A DNA stretch of 64,000 nucleotides. It comes from Ramazzottius varieornatus. Taxonomy: Eukaryota > Animalia > Tardigrada. The notes beneath the pieces were generated by a model, which saw only the letters and a program-made list of their open reading frames with translations, searched no databases and had not been told where the DNA came from. Position 1 is the stretch's first letter. Every line of letters starts with the position of its first letter. The DNA lies in contig BDGG01000003.1 in NCBI GenBank assembly GCA_001949185.1, positions 128,679 through 192,678 on the forward strand, written 5' to 3'. Below, in pieces: positions 1 to 13,684 of this stretch. The position numbers and the translations under genes were made by a program.

Positions 1-1876
1 CCAGACAGCCATCGCGTTCACCAACGCCAGCACCACGATCGCCATATAGACCCACTGCGTGGACCTCGTCGACGAATGTCAAGGCACCGTGCTGATGAGC
101 GATATCACACACTTCCTCCACAGGCGAAATAGCTCCTGCCAACACCCGTGTTTCGGGAAAAACAGACCCAGGATGGCAGATTGTGTTGCTGAGTCAGATC
201 TTACCGGTCATACTATGAACCGTCTCGAATGCCACGATTTTCGGTCGACCTATATCCGATCCCTCCAGTTTTTCGGCCAGGTCCTCCGTGTCGTTGTGCC
301 GGTAAACATGCTTCGGCGCTCGGCTGGTGCGTATGCCATGAATCATGGAAGCGTGGTTTCCCGAATCCGAGTAAATGTGGACTCCTGCAACATAATGAAT
401 TGTGAATTTCAAAAATGATGAATTTAGGATGTCGACGTCCACGGTCAGCCACATTGAAGCGTATGGTAAATAATGAGATAAAATAGTATAGTGTACCAGG
501 AAGCATCTGGCCCATTGTATGGAGGGTGGATTCGTTGGCGACGTAGCACGAGGTAAACAGCAAAGCAGCTGGCTTCCGGTGGAGTTTGGCCAGCTCGGCT
601 TCCAATTCTTCGTGCATGGTAGAGTTGCCGCTGATGTTCCGGGTTCCTCCTGCACCAGAGCCATGCTTACCCAGAGCTTCCCTGAGCAAGAAAAAAACTG
701 GTTGGCCCCGGTTGGCCCCCATCCAGCGTAGTTAAACTGTTCAGCTGACCGAGACGCTTTCCCGTCAAAATCTCCTCCCCGCAAGCAGGCAAAATGCCGG
801 AAATCATCATGATCCATTTTCTACACTTGTTATACAGGGATATTGAAGAATGCGCTGAAAATAAGACTTACCGAACTGCTTGTAGGACTTTTGGATGTCG
901 GCTCATGCCCAGATAGTCGTTGCTGCACCACACCGTGATGGGTTTCTCGCCACCGGTAAATTCACGCCCGTGGGGAAATTCCACGGCGCTCCGGTTGACT
1001 TTCTTGAACACCCTGTAAGTATGGTCTTCCTTCTTCTCGGCAATTTTCTTCTCGAAGAACGAGTCGTAGTTGAATACTTCGGTCTTGCTGAATCCTTCGG
1101 GCTTGTACGGTTCGGACTTTGCAGAAGCTTTGTCTTGGCGGTTCTTCGAGGATTCTTCCGGGTCCGCCGGTGGTCCATCTTTGCCGTACTCCTCCACACT
1201 GATGACTTGGTCGTCACCTTTCACACGGACCACGCTGACATTGTTCTGCGTCAAGAAAGGGCAGCGGTTGCATGCTTGGCTGGTCAGCATGCTACTGTCC
1301 ACACCTGGAACAATCGACAAGAACCGCATCAGCAAACAATATAAGACATGTTAGTACGAAAACATAGCCACCATGCGTAAAATTAGAATATGCAAACAAC
1401 CGTGGACAATGTCGGTAAATGTAAGGGGTACACGCACGATGGGTAAATATGGGACAGTAAAAATTGTGGGACAGGCCTTTTCGCTACGGCGGTACGGGAG
1501 CACGTATGGACGCGACCGACTCCCGCTAAGGTACTTTTCAGCACTTTTCTACGGTGACTTTCCATTTTTCCGTCCATTCCACGTGGCCCATAATTCTTAC
1601 TGTACCAAAACCACCCATCGTGTGTGTGTACTGTATGTATCGGCTTCAGTGCAACCCAGTGACGAAATTTACTTCGACTGGTTTTGTCGCAATGATCCAA
1701 ACGAATACGATACAGTTCGATTTACCGTTGTTTGCCGCTTGCGTATGGGCATGGATCTTTTGTAGGTAGCTCGACATGACGGGACATTTTTCTCCATAGT
1801 ACTTCACCAACAGGGATCCACAGTTGCGGATCATGGTGCCGGGCAGTCGAGATAAGACCGGGCAGGAGAAATGCAT
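1..1876 (-). CDS. ALAS: 5-aminolevulinate synthase, mitochondrial (5' portion; continues beyond window start)
   Basis: Spliced exons ~1876-1726, 1304-872, 681-497, 384-205 and 135-<1 with GT-AG junctions. Motifs [47 protein letters not shown] and [12 protein letters not shown]. Presequence carries CP heme-regulatory motifs (SCPV, KCPVM, RCPF). Confidence 0.97.
1428..1632. mobile_element. Degenerate MITE (~40-bp imperfect terminal inverted repeats) in ALAS intron 1
   Basis: ACACGCACGATGGGTAAATATGGGACAGTAAAAATTGTGGG pairs with the reverse complement of CCCATAATTCTTACTGTACCAAAACCACCCATCGTGTGTGT. Confidence 0.6.
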
Positions 1877-2404
1877 GGTTGCTCCTTAGATGGTTGATTG
1901 ACAAGTCGGCCAAACAATAAGCTGGTACAGACTACAACAATTTTTCCGTTCGGGAAGCAGGGAACTTTCGAAGAGGATGAGAAAACACCAACTGTTCAAG
2001 AGTGAAAAACATTATGCTCCGACAAAGACAGGTTCGAACGTCCATTACGGTGCGCAGATTACATCGAACTTGTGCCATAGATCGCGACCAGCTAGACCAG
2101 AAAAAGTTACTCTGAATCGCCACGAACTTCGTCCTTCTATTACACGAGAAGTCCACGTGTTTAATAAGTGGCATTCGCCGATTTATCAACCCTTGAATTC
2201 CCCGTAGTCAACGTTCGGCAGCGGTCCCGACGTTCCAGTAGCATGTTATTTGTTTTCAGTTTATGTATTGCAAGTCAGCGTTGATTTTATGATGTGTATA
2301 TAATACATCGATCGCCATGGTCAACTAGTTTGTTTGTGCGACGAAAAAGGGACAAATTTGCGAGTGAGAGTTCTTTGGCATGAAAAGTAGGCGACCATCC
2401 ACGG

Positions 2405-2819
2405 TCATCGGAGCGTACATGAAATATGGGATCGGCTGCTATGCTTCTTGAAGTAATCTAGCTGGAGAAACCGGCGAACCGTTCTTGCGTTGTGACAATC
2501 GGGAATGGTTCTTCCTTTCCTCCTTATGCAGAATCGCCTGGAAAAGAACTCAGAAAGTTGGAAAAAGTTCAGCATCGCCAAGAATAAGCCGAAAGTCCCA
2601 GAATACAGGAACTTACGCGCACTTCATATGATCGAAAACATCTCCTAACATATCGTGACATTTGGCGCAAGCTACGACACATATCGACATATTTTCTTCC
2701 ATGGTGTAAGAATCAAAGGTATCGTCCAGATCAGCATACGGGTCATAGTCGGTGTCGCTTGCGAAGGCTCTCGAAATTAAGGCTAGAGAAAGATACAAAA
2801 GTAAAACCGAGCTATGCAT
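2405..2819 (-). CDS. EH: Eclosion hormone precursor
   Basis: Exons 2819-2617 and 2537-2405. Signal peptide MHSSVLLLYLSLALISRAFA, then the six-Cys EH pattern ICVVACAKCHDMLGDVFDHMKCARFCIRRKGRTIPDC...RFL. Confidence 0.88.
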
Positions 2820-3810
2820 GGCGAACCTCAAGAAGAAAAGAAGAAGGGTGAAAATTCTCTGTAAATTCCCTATTTTCCAAGAATTTAGACCTCATAACTT
2901 AGAACCGGTGATCGAAAGGCCCTAAATGAAACAGGTTGCTAGAAGGTCTGGTTTTATATCATGGTTCGAGAAGCTGTTTTTTTCCTCCGTATGCTTCCGT
3001 GTAGATTGCAGGTGTGTCATTCTTACATTCCGAACATAGCGCCTTCGAAGAAACGCCGGCTGTGAATCATTGCGCAGGATCCGTCTTTCTAATTACGCAA
3101 CCCGAGCGAGTATGAAAGGTAAATCACTTGAAAAAAACCACGCGTTTCATTCATGCATCCATTCATGCATCCACCATACTTCTATGATTATGAGTAATAA
3201 TCTGAAGTACTCAAATGGTAACGTTAACAAGACACACGGCAGGCTTTTTTGTTCAGTGGCGGAAAGTTCATCCGCAGTCACTGGTACAGGTGCGCCACTT
3301 CCAAAGGTTCCCCCTCGAAGCTGTCTATGATCCAAATATTACTCAACTCTCATCTGCATTTCTGGTTGTTCGTTCTGTATGGAAACAAAGAACTCGGCGC
3401 CATGATTCAGAGAAAGCTCTTGTGACACACTTCCTTCCGTTTTGTTAATGGCGAAAGTTGTCAGGTCGCTTTTAAGACATTGACAATCCGTCTCAGGTGT
3501 CACGTGTTGCACGCCACAGATTTCCGAAAATCTTGACCTTCCAGTTTTGATCAGTTAATTTGACAGAAAGCACAATTTTCAAATGGCAGTAACCGGTTCA
3601 TCAGGGAAAGAAACGGCGCCTGAATGCAAAGAAGAATGGCCGTCAGAGTATACTCGCGGTCACTGAATGAAGAGTTGCACAACCAATGAAGACTCAGAAA
3701 ACCGTCAGTAACAGATACACTTCTAACTATCCGTGTTGGTTCAGGTAAAACTAGAAGCACGCTAAAGAGCGACGATGAGGGATATTGAAACGCGACTAAA
3801 GTATGAATTA

Positions 3811-5828
3811 TCATGCAGCCAGCTTTTGGTAAGCTCGCGCCAAGTTATCACAAGACGGAGTCTCCAGCTCGCGTCCCTTCTGGACAAGCTTGTTGTCGCC
3901 GTATAGTCGTCCGCGCCACATGACGTTCTCCTTGTAGGCTTGTTCCCTCCGACACGACTCCTTCAGGTTGCCCAAGTAGATCTCTTCAACGTTCTGCTCC
4001 ATACTCCGTTGTTCTTTGGCGGTCAACTTGCCCTGGGCATCCTCTTTGATGTAATAGCGGACGTCGAGCTGCCGGGTCTTCATGGCGATGGGGTACTTTG
4101 AGGACTGCTGGAGGCTGTAGACCGGCTCGCTGTAGGTCAGCGAGGAGAGCGCGCTGAGTGCTAAGAAGATGAGGAGTGGGGAAAGCTGGAGGAGCAACGT
4201 GAAGCCGCTGGTGTGACGCGCTGTAAAAAAAGAGCCGAAAAGTCAAAAATTAACTACAGTATAACTCTACAAAGAGATATTACAATTTTCTACAAAAAAA
4301 ACAGACACTAGTCTCCCGTCGAAAGCAATACTGTTTTTTCAAAAAACAAACGGTTGGAAAGAATGTCATTTCCACCCAGAACAATCGTTGATGGTTATTC
4401 GACTGTAGTTTTAAAAAGGATGACGACCGATGGCAGATGTGTTCGGGGACTTTTCCATACCAAGGATGTTTTCTTCATCGTGAATATTTATTTTCATTTA
4501 GGGGTTTAGCTGCTAAAGCTTTGGCCATGCAAAATGACAAACGGAAAATGACAAACAAATAAATTAATAGACAATCATGCGGCACACCGGGAAACGAGAA
4601 TTGTTAAGCTGGGAAGAAAACAAAAAAAAAGCTTTTCTATCGCATAATTTCTGGAAGGATACCCATAAAAACGGCAAACACAATAATGAAAATGAGCCTC
4701 ACTAATTGTTGCATTTCAGAAGGTTGCTCACCGCCGTTATCTGGTTGAGCGCGTCGGTATGCAGGATGGTGATGCCGCCGTTCCTCCTCGTCCTCGTCAT
4801 GAAATCGATTGAAGCCTTGGCCGAAAAACATGTTGAAGATGTCGTCGGCCGTCGTGTCGTCCTCGAAGAACATGAAGTTACCCTGACGGTAGTACCTTCT
4901 CCTTCCTTGTTGTCGGGCGAACTGCGGGTTGTACCGCGCTGCCTCGTAGTTGTCCCCACCCGCGTCGTACTCGGCTTTCTTCTGCGCGTTAGACAAGACT
5001 GCGTAGGCCTTCCCGACAATCTTGAAAGCTTCTCCGGCCCCTGGTGCTTTGTTTTTGTCGGGATGCAGTATCAAGGCTAATTTACGGTACTGTTTTTTGA
5101 GGACGGCTTCGGAAAATTTCTCTTTTTCCACGTGTAAAACCTACAAACAGCAAAAGACTCAAGGCCGTGCCAGTGCAAGCAGGGTCGTGCTTACTGTCAG
5201 GTCTGTGCCTAGCACCAATCGGAACTCCCGATTCGGAAGTCGCTTCGAACAGGGTCGTGCTGGGACCACTGCAGCGCTTCGGTCAAGAGGCGCATTCCCC
5301 GTCACGAATACACGTCGAAATGCGCTACATTTTCGGGGTAGACAAAAGGATCTTGCAAAAGAGTTACCTCATAAAATGTAGTGCATTTCTTGACTCGCAC
5401 AACAGCCTGAAGTTGTTCCTCAGAGTATTCCCGATGTGTTTCAGTTCCTGGCCGAGATTCGGAAAATTCTGGACTAGCTTGGTTGTGATGAGCCTTCTCG
5501 CGCTGATGTGGACCACCGGAATGGGAGCGATTACGACGCGATGAGCTGGGGCTGCGCGGACGACTACCGCTGTCTTCGTTATCTTTACCATCATCCTTCG
5601 GCCTGTTTAGCTCGTTGAGCAAACCTGAGGACAAACAACCATCAGTTCAAGGGATCTGAATTCCCGTACGTAGTTGCCCAAGGGACAAATGGCTTATTTA
5701 CCTTCAGCTTCAGCGTTTGGAAACAGCCTAATGGATTTCTCCAGTAACCGTTTGGCTTTGCCCTCGTCACCGGCTTCCACAGCTTTCCGGGCCAAATGGA
5801 TACATCGTACACTTTCGTCCTTATTCAT
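3811..5828 (-). CDS. DNAJB12: ER-membrane J-domain co-chaperone, DNAJB12/DNAJB14 family
   Basis: N-terminus [17 protein letters not shown] domain [23 protein letters not shown], then a G/F region (DIFNMFFG), a TM helix and a DUF1977-like C-terminus (EPVYSL...[20 protein letters not shown]...TPSC). Four exons. Confidence 0.93.
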
Positions 5829-7561
5829 CTCGAAGTCAATAATGCTTTGGCGAGAAGATATCACAGAATTAGAACGAACAAGACTTTTTCCCGATAAATC
5901 CTGTTATCCCAGTCTGAGGAGACCACAAGAGGAATATCCTCCCTGAAAATTCAACACACTGTTGTTATGAAAGTACGATAGATCTGTCGACGTTCTAAGT
6001 TCCTGAGCAAGGGTGGCAAGCAGAACGTGAGATCGAGGAGGACGCGAGAGCGCATCACTGCGAGTATTTTACCTGCTGGTTACCTCAGATATCGACGGCC
6101 AGCCAATGAGATCATACACAGTACAGACTTAAACTCAACACCAGTCGTGGAAATGTGAGTCAGTGACGGAACGATCCTGGATCTGATGAGAACTTGGAAG
6201 ATCAGCTTCAGGAGGATATACCATATTATATCGGAAGCAGACCACTCTGTCGGAAGATTATAGAGTTTGCGAGGATAGGTCAGGTCTTATAAACTGCCAT
6301 CTTGTTTGCGACTCTCAGGTTGTAGTCTCAGATTTGGACAAATCAACTCCGCCCCAATCAAGCTTTATGAGAGTCAAAAGTGATGTCACCATCTGTTCAT
6401 GCGAAGAATTTCGCCTCGCGGTCTCACGTTTGTGCACTCTCATAGCGCAATGCTTGCTCTGCCGACCGGAAGTAAAAAGCTCTGACCGGATCTGCAGTGG
6501 TGTCTTGACTTTTGACCATCTTTTACCCTCCCGAACTCTGACATTTTGCATGGTACGAAAAGGAGACAACAAAACGCACGATAAGGCGAAAGTCAAAGGA
6601 GGCACATTGAAGACATGTCCGATAACGCGAGGGATACGCCTGTATTCTCATTTTCTACTTCAGCAACTTCAGTGCAGCTTCCTACGGTCTTAAGCCTGGC
6701 TAGCCGGCTATACAAATACCCGGGGACCACATAATCGGTAGCCTCAACTGGTGGCTCCGGGGAGAGAGCGGCCATCGTGGATGACATGTTGCTTAATGCT
6801 CACTGCGCCGAGGTTGGATGACAGTCCGAAAGTGATACCGCTCTCGTCCGTCGAATGCCAGCCGGCTAGACAGGCTCCTAGCCTCTGGTAATCTGGAAGT
6901 ATCCTGGTGCTACGAAGTTCACGGATAATAGCAAATCTCCAAGCTTGAGTCGCCATCCTCGGACATCGTGAGACTGGAAGTGCGCCACTGAAGTAGGGTT
7001 AGATGCGTGTGATGTCATGTCGTAATCCCATGCAAAAGTTCGACACCGCACGCTGCGGTCCAAAATCACGAAAGGGGCAGTCTTCAGGCTCCGGAACGCG
7101 CAGAGATACGCAAAAGTTAGAGAGGATGATTTACCGGACTGTCTTGGAAATCGGTCTTATCGAAATTTCAGTTTTCCATGAGACCAGTCGGGCACGATCT
7201 CAGAATAGAAGTCTCGGATTCCGAGTCGGCCAATAGCAGCGCTTCAGCGTGTTCGAGCCGGCCCACGACCCATCAAAACATGAGACCGAAAGATGAGAGT
7301 GGCTTTTTTTGAGACCTGATCTGTCCTCGCAATCTCTATATTATGCAGTAGATGAGAAGAAATGGAAAATAAAATTCCGGAATGTTTTGACTGAGTCATA
7401 CCACAAGACTAACGAAACATCGTGGGTAGGCGGACCACGTAGACTAATCGAACCGAGAGCACCTGTCTGGATTGTTTATTGAATGGTTAGATAGTAGGCA
7501 GGGGCGAGGCAGACGTGCCCCTTTGAGACACGTCATCTGCGCCGGTTGGAACAGACTAACT

Positions 7562-7676
7562 TTGAACTAAGCTATGTTTCATCTACCGATGGGTNNNNNN
7601 NNNNNNNNNNNNNNNNNNNNNNNNNNNNNNNNNNNNNNNNNNNNACCCATCGGTAGGTGAAATAGAGCTTAATCAA
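7562..7676. repeat. Inverted repeat flanking an assembly gap (probable foldback/MITE)
   Basis: TTGAACTAAGCTATGTTTCATCTACCGATGGGT-[N]-ACCCATCGGTAGGTGAAATAGAGCTTAATCAA; the two arms are reverse complements of each other. Confidence 0.75.
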
Positions 7677-7957
7677 TAATCACGCGGATATCCAAGACGT
7701 GTTTTTTCTTCCTGTCAAACGTGCGCAATGCATTCCTCCCTTTCCCAGCCGGGGCTATCGATCCCTTTTCTCGCATTTAGTGTTTTCTGTATCATGAAAC
7801 AGGAATGGTCCGTTACGTAAGACCAGGATTTACGCGTGCTCTTCATCCGTCGAGGTGCAAGAATTATTTGTGCGATCGCGATGTCGTCGCTGTTCGCATC
7901 TCCCACCAAGTTCTTACTATTACGTGTTAGTTTGACTTTCTAGATTCAAGCGTCAGG

Positions 7958-10900
7958 ATGGCTCGCACTATGAAGGCAGTCAAACTGCCCAGTAACGAGT
8001 TCGCCTTCCTAAACTGTGTTCTCGTTCGTCCGGATGACTTCCCCGAAAGCGAGAGAATCGAGTAAGTGCATTTCCTACAGTACCGTAATCTTGGTCAGTA
8101 CAGATGGGATAACCACTGATTGATCGATCACGCTTATTTTTTTGTATGCTGGTGCGCGTCGTAGTAGTGTACTGCGATGCATGCTGGTAATGCGCGCGTG
8201 ATTCTCGTTGTTTAGAAACACCGGTAGGTCTTTCTCGAAGCGGTCCAGAAAAAAATGCTTGCTCGTGCGTTCCTTCGTGAATGCTCTTTTTCGTTCGGGG
8301 AAAAATGTTCGAAAGTGTTGCTCGAACCTTCTCTCGGAAAATTTTCACGGGAGAAATTTACGACGATGAAAACAAGGTTTGCTGCTGCTTGATTTTTTGC
8401 GACTCATCGCTGAATAAGTTCCTTGGCAGTTGGACAGGAACAAACAATCGACCAAGGGGAAGAATTGAGCGTGTCGTGTCTCAAACGACGGCGCGTGACA
8501 AAAGGGTTGTAAGCTGCCAAAGCAGATTGGGATAGAGGAAGCTGGGTCGATTTAGTTTGCCGTCGTTCCTGGCATATCGATCGACGTACGCCACTTCGGG
8601 TTCTCTAGGGTTCTGCTGCCTTTTGCTTTGTGTACTTGAATAGCTGTTACGCTGTGTCGGAAAGGTCTTCAAGGAGAAGGAACAGACCAAGCACTCTGAT
8701 GTTTAATGAGCAAAACGATTCTCGTCCAAACTTTTATGCGATTAGCATCCGCCGAGTCCTTTCAACGACCGTTTTTGATGGGCGTTCTCTGCGAAGATTT
8801 GACAGACAGACCGAGAATGTGGAACAAGGGCCCGATGATTAATATTATCTCGTCTGTTTTCACAGGCACTTGTCAATACACTCCAGCGGCAGGGACAGCG
8901 TCATCACCATCGCCAGGAGCAGCCAGATGCGAAGCGGAGAATTCGCCCTCGGAGACACACAAGTACATACAATATATCACTAGAACGTTGCAAGAATTAA
9001 AAGTAAAAATATTGGACTTGTCGGTGGTTCGACGAATTCTGACATAAAATTTTTTTCTAGAGAAAATGGGCAGCGATTTCCGTGGAACAAAATTACCAAG
9101 TCAAGCCGTACAAGTTTACGGCGGGACAGTTTTTACAGTCCGTCACTTTCGAGGTCACATTCCACCTTCCTTCAAAGTGAGTATTTGTGACGGTGGCTTT
9201 TGGTTGTTACAGGTATTCTTTTTGCGATTCTTTTGGAATTATTTTCGGGTTTGGTTTGCAGGATAACGCAGGAGCCATACGATACGGACAAGATGTCCGT
9301 CGAATTCCGAAACCAGTTTCCTGTGATGGCGCTGGCCAAAGGCCAGGATCTTATCTTCAACTTCCAGTCAAAGCCCAATTTGAAGTTAACGGTCAAAGCT
9401 CTCGTCGGTAAGAGGCCTCGCTTTTTTCTCCTTGTCGAGAAACATGAGGCGAAATAACTGACAATTTACTCGTAACGTTGATCATTCTTAGCCATCGACT
9501 TGGACGCCGCTATGGATGGCAAATCCAAGAAAGTCTCGGAGGTACAATGAATTTCCTCCGCATTATCCTCTGGGACCTAGACAAACCAGCTCGCCAATTC
9601 GCTTTTCCAAGCGGCGCACACTTTTAGCCAGTAACACTGCAAACTTACACCAGTTGAGCAAACAACTCGTCAAGATTGTTTTCCAAGTGGCGCATCCTTT
9701 CAGCCTATAATGCCGAAAATGCGTCACGGGGAAAGGATTTGGTCGAGTTCGGTATCTGCCGAGCGGGACGAGCTCCCATCTGACCTTACATGATTGATTA
9801 ATTTAACGATTACTGTATTCCCTCGATAGTTCTGCGAATTACGTCATCATGCCAGTAAATTACACTCACACTGGTATCCCTGATTGTTTGATTGTCGCCC
9901 ATCATTACACTTGACTGGTGAGCAGTCTTTCGTTGAAGGTATAGATACTTTCTGTTCCCCGCCCGATGATATTTACCACGACAGTCACGTGATTCGCAGA
10001 ACTTTCAAGGGAATACAGTATGTGATGTAAATCCTGTGCGTGATTCTATACGTAGCATTCATTCTTATATCTTTCACAGCCCACGAATGGCGTCGGAGTT
10101 GGGTCGCCCAACATGGAAGTGTACTTCGAGAAGGCCGAGCGGTCGGTGGTCAACCTGACCGGCAAAGCAGTCGGGTAAATACACTCGTTCGGCAGACATC
10201 GGTCAGATAGTATTTTCCTGTTCAGTAGTCCTGTGTATGTGTTGCAGGAAAGTGAACCGGACGAATATCTTCAATCCAGAATGGAATTTCCAGAAGATGG
10301 GTATCGGCGGACTGGACGCCGAGTTCTCCACCATCTTTCGGCGAGCCTTCGCTTCCCGGGTGCTTCCACCCGACCTCATCGACATGCTGGGTTCGAAGCA
10401 CGTCAGAGGTATCTTACTGTATGGCCCTCCCGGGACCGGTAAAACTCTGATTGCTCGTCAGATCGGCAAGATGTTGAACGCCCGCGAACCACAGATCGTC
10501 AGTGGTCCCTCCATCCTGGACAAGTATGTCGGCGAGTCAGAAGCCAATATCCGCAAGCTGTTTGCAGCTGCCGAAGAGGAAGAGAAACGCCTGGGTAAAT
10601 TTATCGCTGGTTTTCTGCCGATTCTGCAGTACGATCTCTCTGTCCGTCACGTACCTGCATGCATGGGGGTTTGAAGCAAAACAGTATGTGCTAGTGAGTA
10701 GATGCCTGAGAGACTGGAAATATTTCACTTGTGTATGCAGGTGCGCGATGTGTGACATGTTGAATGGTATGCACCTGCAAACACATAGTTGTTTTTTGCT
10801 GGGTACATGTATGCAGGTTGTTGGACGTTTGCTCCCTGTGTCAGCCGGTCTATCCTCTCGTCGTTTGAGCGGGGAAACGGATTCTGTGGTTGAGTGGAAA

Positions 10901-12958
10901 GGAATGGTTTTGGTTTGCAGGAAGGAACAGCGGACTCCACATCATCATCTTTGATGAGATCGACGCCATCTGCAAACAGCGAGGAAGTGCGGCGGGCAGC
11001 ACGGGTGTTCATGACACCATCGTCAATCAGCTGCTGGCCAAGATGGACGGTGTGGACCAGCTGAACAATATTCTGGTGATCGGTACGTAAAGAAACTGTA
11101 GTTTGATAATGAAACTGGCTAGGAATGAATCTTCGAGGCTTCCGCAGGTATGACGAACAGAAGAGACATGATCGACGACGCCCTTCTGCGACCGGGTCGA
11201 ATGGAGGTCCAGATGGAAATTAGTCTGCCCGACGAGTTTGGTAGATCGCAGATCCTGAATATTCATATGAGCAAGATGAAGGAGAATAACAAATTGGCCG
11301 CTGATGTCGACGTGAAAGAACTGGCGGCGCTGACCAAGAACTTCTCCGGTGCGGAAATCGAAGGCTTGGTCAGAGCAGCGCAGTCTACAGCAATAAACCG
11401 ACTGGTCAAAGCCGCGGCCAAGGTACGTTTACTAAACCGACCAAACACCATGCCGACATAGAATCTTCTCTCAAAACCAGTTTCGTGAATTTGATCAAAA
11501 TAAAGTGGAAGCTTGGCAAATAATTGAACCAGGTAGCTTTCCCAAGGGGCGCGCACTACCAGCCAGAAACAATGACACAATGCGCCACTTGAGATCCCGA
11601 TCTGGCTCATTTCATTTGACAAGCTTCCAAGTGAAAGAACTTTGCAAAACTTATTTGAATAAATTTCATCAGAATAAAACAGTGAAAAAATAGCGAGGAA
11701 AAATGAACGTCTGAAATATGATCTCTGGATGGTTTAGGTTGAGGTCGACCCCGATGCGGCAGACAAGCTGATGGTGACCAGAGAGGATTTTATCAACGCG
11801 TTGAACACCGACATCAAACCGGCGTTCGGCCTGAACGAAGAAGTTCTGGAATCGTACATTGGTGGCGGGATCATCAACTGGGACCCAGCTATCGAAGCAA
11901 TACTAGAAACGGGCAATCGCGTTATCCAGAGTGCGAAGCAAGTGGACAGTAAGGGTATCAACACGTCCATTCTCCTGCTGGAAGGGCCACCCAACTCCGG
12001 CAAGACTGCACTGGCTGCTCAGATATGCAAGAACAGCAACTTCCCTTTCATAAAGGTTCGAACTATTGCCCTCTTTCGCTCAATCTGAATTTGTTTGTGT
12101 GGATCACGAGCAAAATCTCGTGTTTGACCCACCTACGAACAAGATGATGAGGATTTTAGAGCGTGGCGAAGCACCCAGGTGCTTGCTAGGCTGTCCGGAG
12201 GTCCTTCAGGATACTGCATACAGCGAACTGGTGGTTATCGTGGGTACTTGTATGCAGGCACTTGCTAGTCTGTCGGAGAGATGTTTCAAGAGCCTACATA
12301 AGAATGACTGGTTGTCCATTATGGTCAGATGTAGGCAGGTGTTGGCAAAAACGTAAAATATGTGTGGCGACCTCCAAAAATGCAGGAATGATCAAGGTGA
12401 AGCTTGAACAGTAGATTTCTGCCTCTGCAGGTGTGCACACCGCACGAAATGATTGGTTACACCGAAACGGGCAAGTGCGCAGCCATTAAGAAGATTTTCG
12501 ACGACGCCTATAAGTCTGAGCTGAGTTGTATCCTGGTCGACGATCTGGAAGGTTTGATGGATTACGCGCCCGTCGGTCCGCGTTTCAGCAACCTGGTCAT
12601 GCAAGCGCTACGCTCGCTGCTGAACAAGAATCCACCCAAGAACCGCAAGCTGTTAGTCGTCTGCACTACTAGTTCGACTAATATGCTGGAAGAACTGGGC
12701 ATGGCGCAACTCTTCCGGAAGAGGATTCGGGTACCCTGCATAGCCACAGGGAAGCAGCTAGTGAATGTCCTGTCAAACTTGGACACGTTCACCAGCGAAG
12801 AACTACAGAAGATCGAGAAGAAGGTCAGCGGCATCAAAGTGTGGGTGGGTATCAAGAAGTTGCTGTACTTGGTCAACATTGCGGCTCAGGTCGACCAGAG
12901 TCAACGAGCCGATGTCATGTTGGAAGAGCTGGAAGAGGAAGAGCATTTCTTGAAATAG
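7958..12958 (+). CDS. NSF: Vesicle-fusing ATPase (N-ethylmaleimide-sensitive factor)
   Basis: Starts [20 protein letters not shown]. Contains [23 protein letters not shown]1 Walker A GPPGTGKT, Walker [11 protein letters not shown], the SRH ([16 protein letters not shown]) and D2 GPPNSGKT. About 11 exons; stop at 12956-12958. Confidence 0.98.
9811..10020. mobile_element. MITE with ~34-bp TIRs and TA-CTGTA...TACAG-TA termini, in an NSF intron
   Basis: TACTGTATTCCCTCGATAGTTCTGCGAATTACGT matches the reverse complement of ACGTGATTCGCAGAACTTTCAAGGGAATACAGTA. Confidence 0.85.
11506..11629. repeat. Palindromic intronic repeat (CAAGTGGCGCA/TGCGCCACTTG family)
   Basis: Outer arms TGGAAGCTTGGCAAAT / ATTTGACAAGCTTCCA; inner arms CCAAGGGGCGC / GCGCCACTTG. 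Confidence 0.7.
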
Positions 12959-13624
12959 ATAGAACTATGGATGGTATGGAGCTGTCGAGCAATTTCTGTA
13001 AGGTCTGTCGTTTTCAGTCTGCTCTTCGGTGATATGATGTTTATTCCTGGAAGATATGGTCTGGGTTGGCGCGTTGCTGTCTGCTTGTCTCTACCTTTGA
13101 TTCCTTCGCTGATGTCATTCTGGTCACTGTAGTAAACAGGCGTTGCTTGTTGATACGAAGAAAGCTCGATGGAAGAGTACGTCGTTTCCGAAGTTGTGCA
13201 GTTTGGTACTATGGCTTAAGCTCACAGACGTGAATTTGTTTCGACAGTTGGGGCTGGGCTGAGTGAAAGATTTACTGTTCATTCTCCGCTTCTATGGTTT
13301 TGGGTCGTATCAAGCGGTCCTAGCATCTTGATGGAAAGGTGTTGTTTGTATGAGATCGCAAGGTCATTCGGTTCTGCGATAACGGAAAAAATTTTCGTCG
13401 GTTACGTTTGTCCAAATGAAATTCCAGATACTGTAGCGGCGGAGGCCTGCTGATAACGGCATGATCGGCAATTTGGCATCATAATGCTGTGCACCTACCA
13501 AGCGCGGATCGGGCTGTCAAAAATCAAAATCTTGTCTCCCGGGCTTTGCCCCCCTAAATTAATATATGGGGGGCTTGGGGTTTCAGCTCGGTCCTGTCAA
13601 GGACCTCAAAAAGTTTGGCCTCCT

Positions 13625-13684
13625 AATAAGTTATGAATTTTTAGACAAAGAAGGGGGTGGACAGATAAATATGGGACTCAATGT
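13625..13684. mobile_element. Tc1/mariner-like terminal fragment (second copy ~53020-53079)
   Basis: AATAAGTTATGAATTTTTAGACAAAGAAGGGGGTGGACAGATAAATATGGGACTCAATGTA is close to AATAAGTTATGAATTTTGAACAAAGACGGGGATGGACAGATAAGTATGGAACTCAGTGTG at ~53020. Confidence 0.6.

Noticed and set aside
1877-2200. Iron-responsive element upstream of ALAS
   Set aside because: No CAGUGN loop with a paired stem on the minus strand; the nearest candidate (CAGAGU at ~2110) lacks a proper stem.
6000-7300. Several 60-120 aa ORFs between DNAJB12 and NSF
   Set aside because: No recognisable domain or consistent exon chain; cannot be supported.
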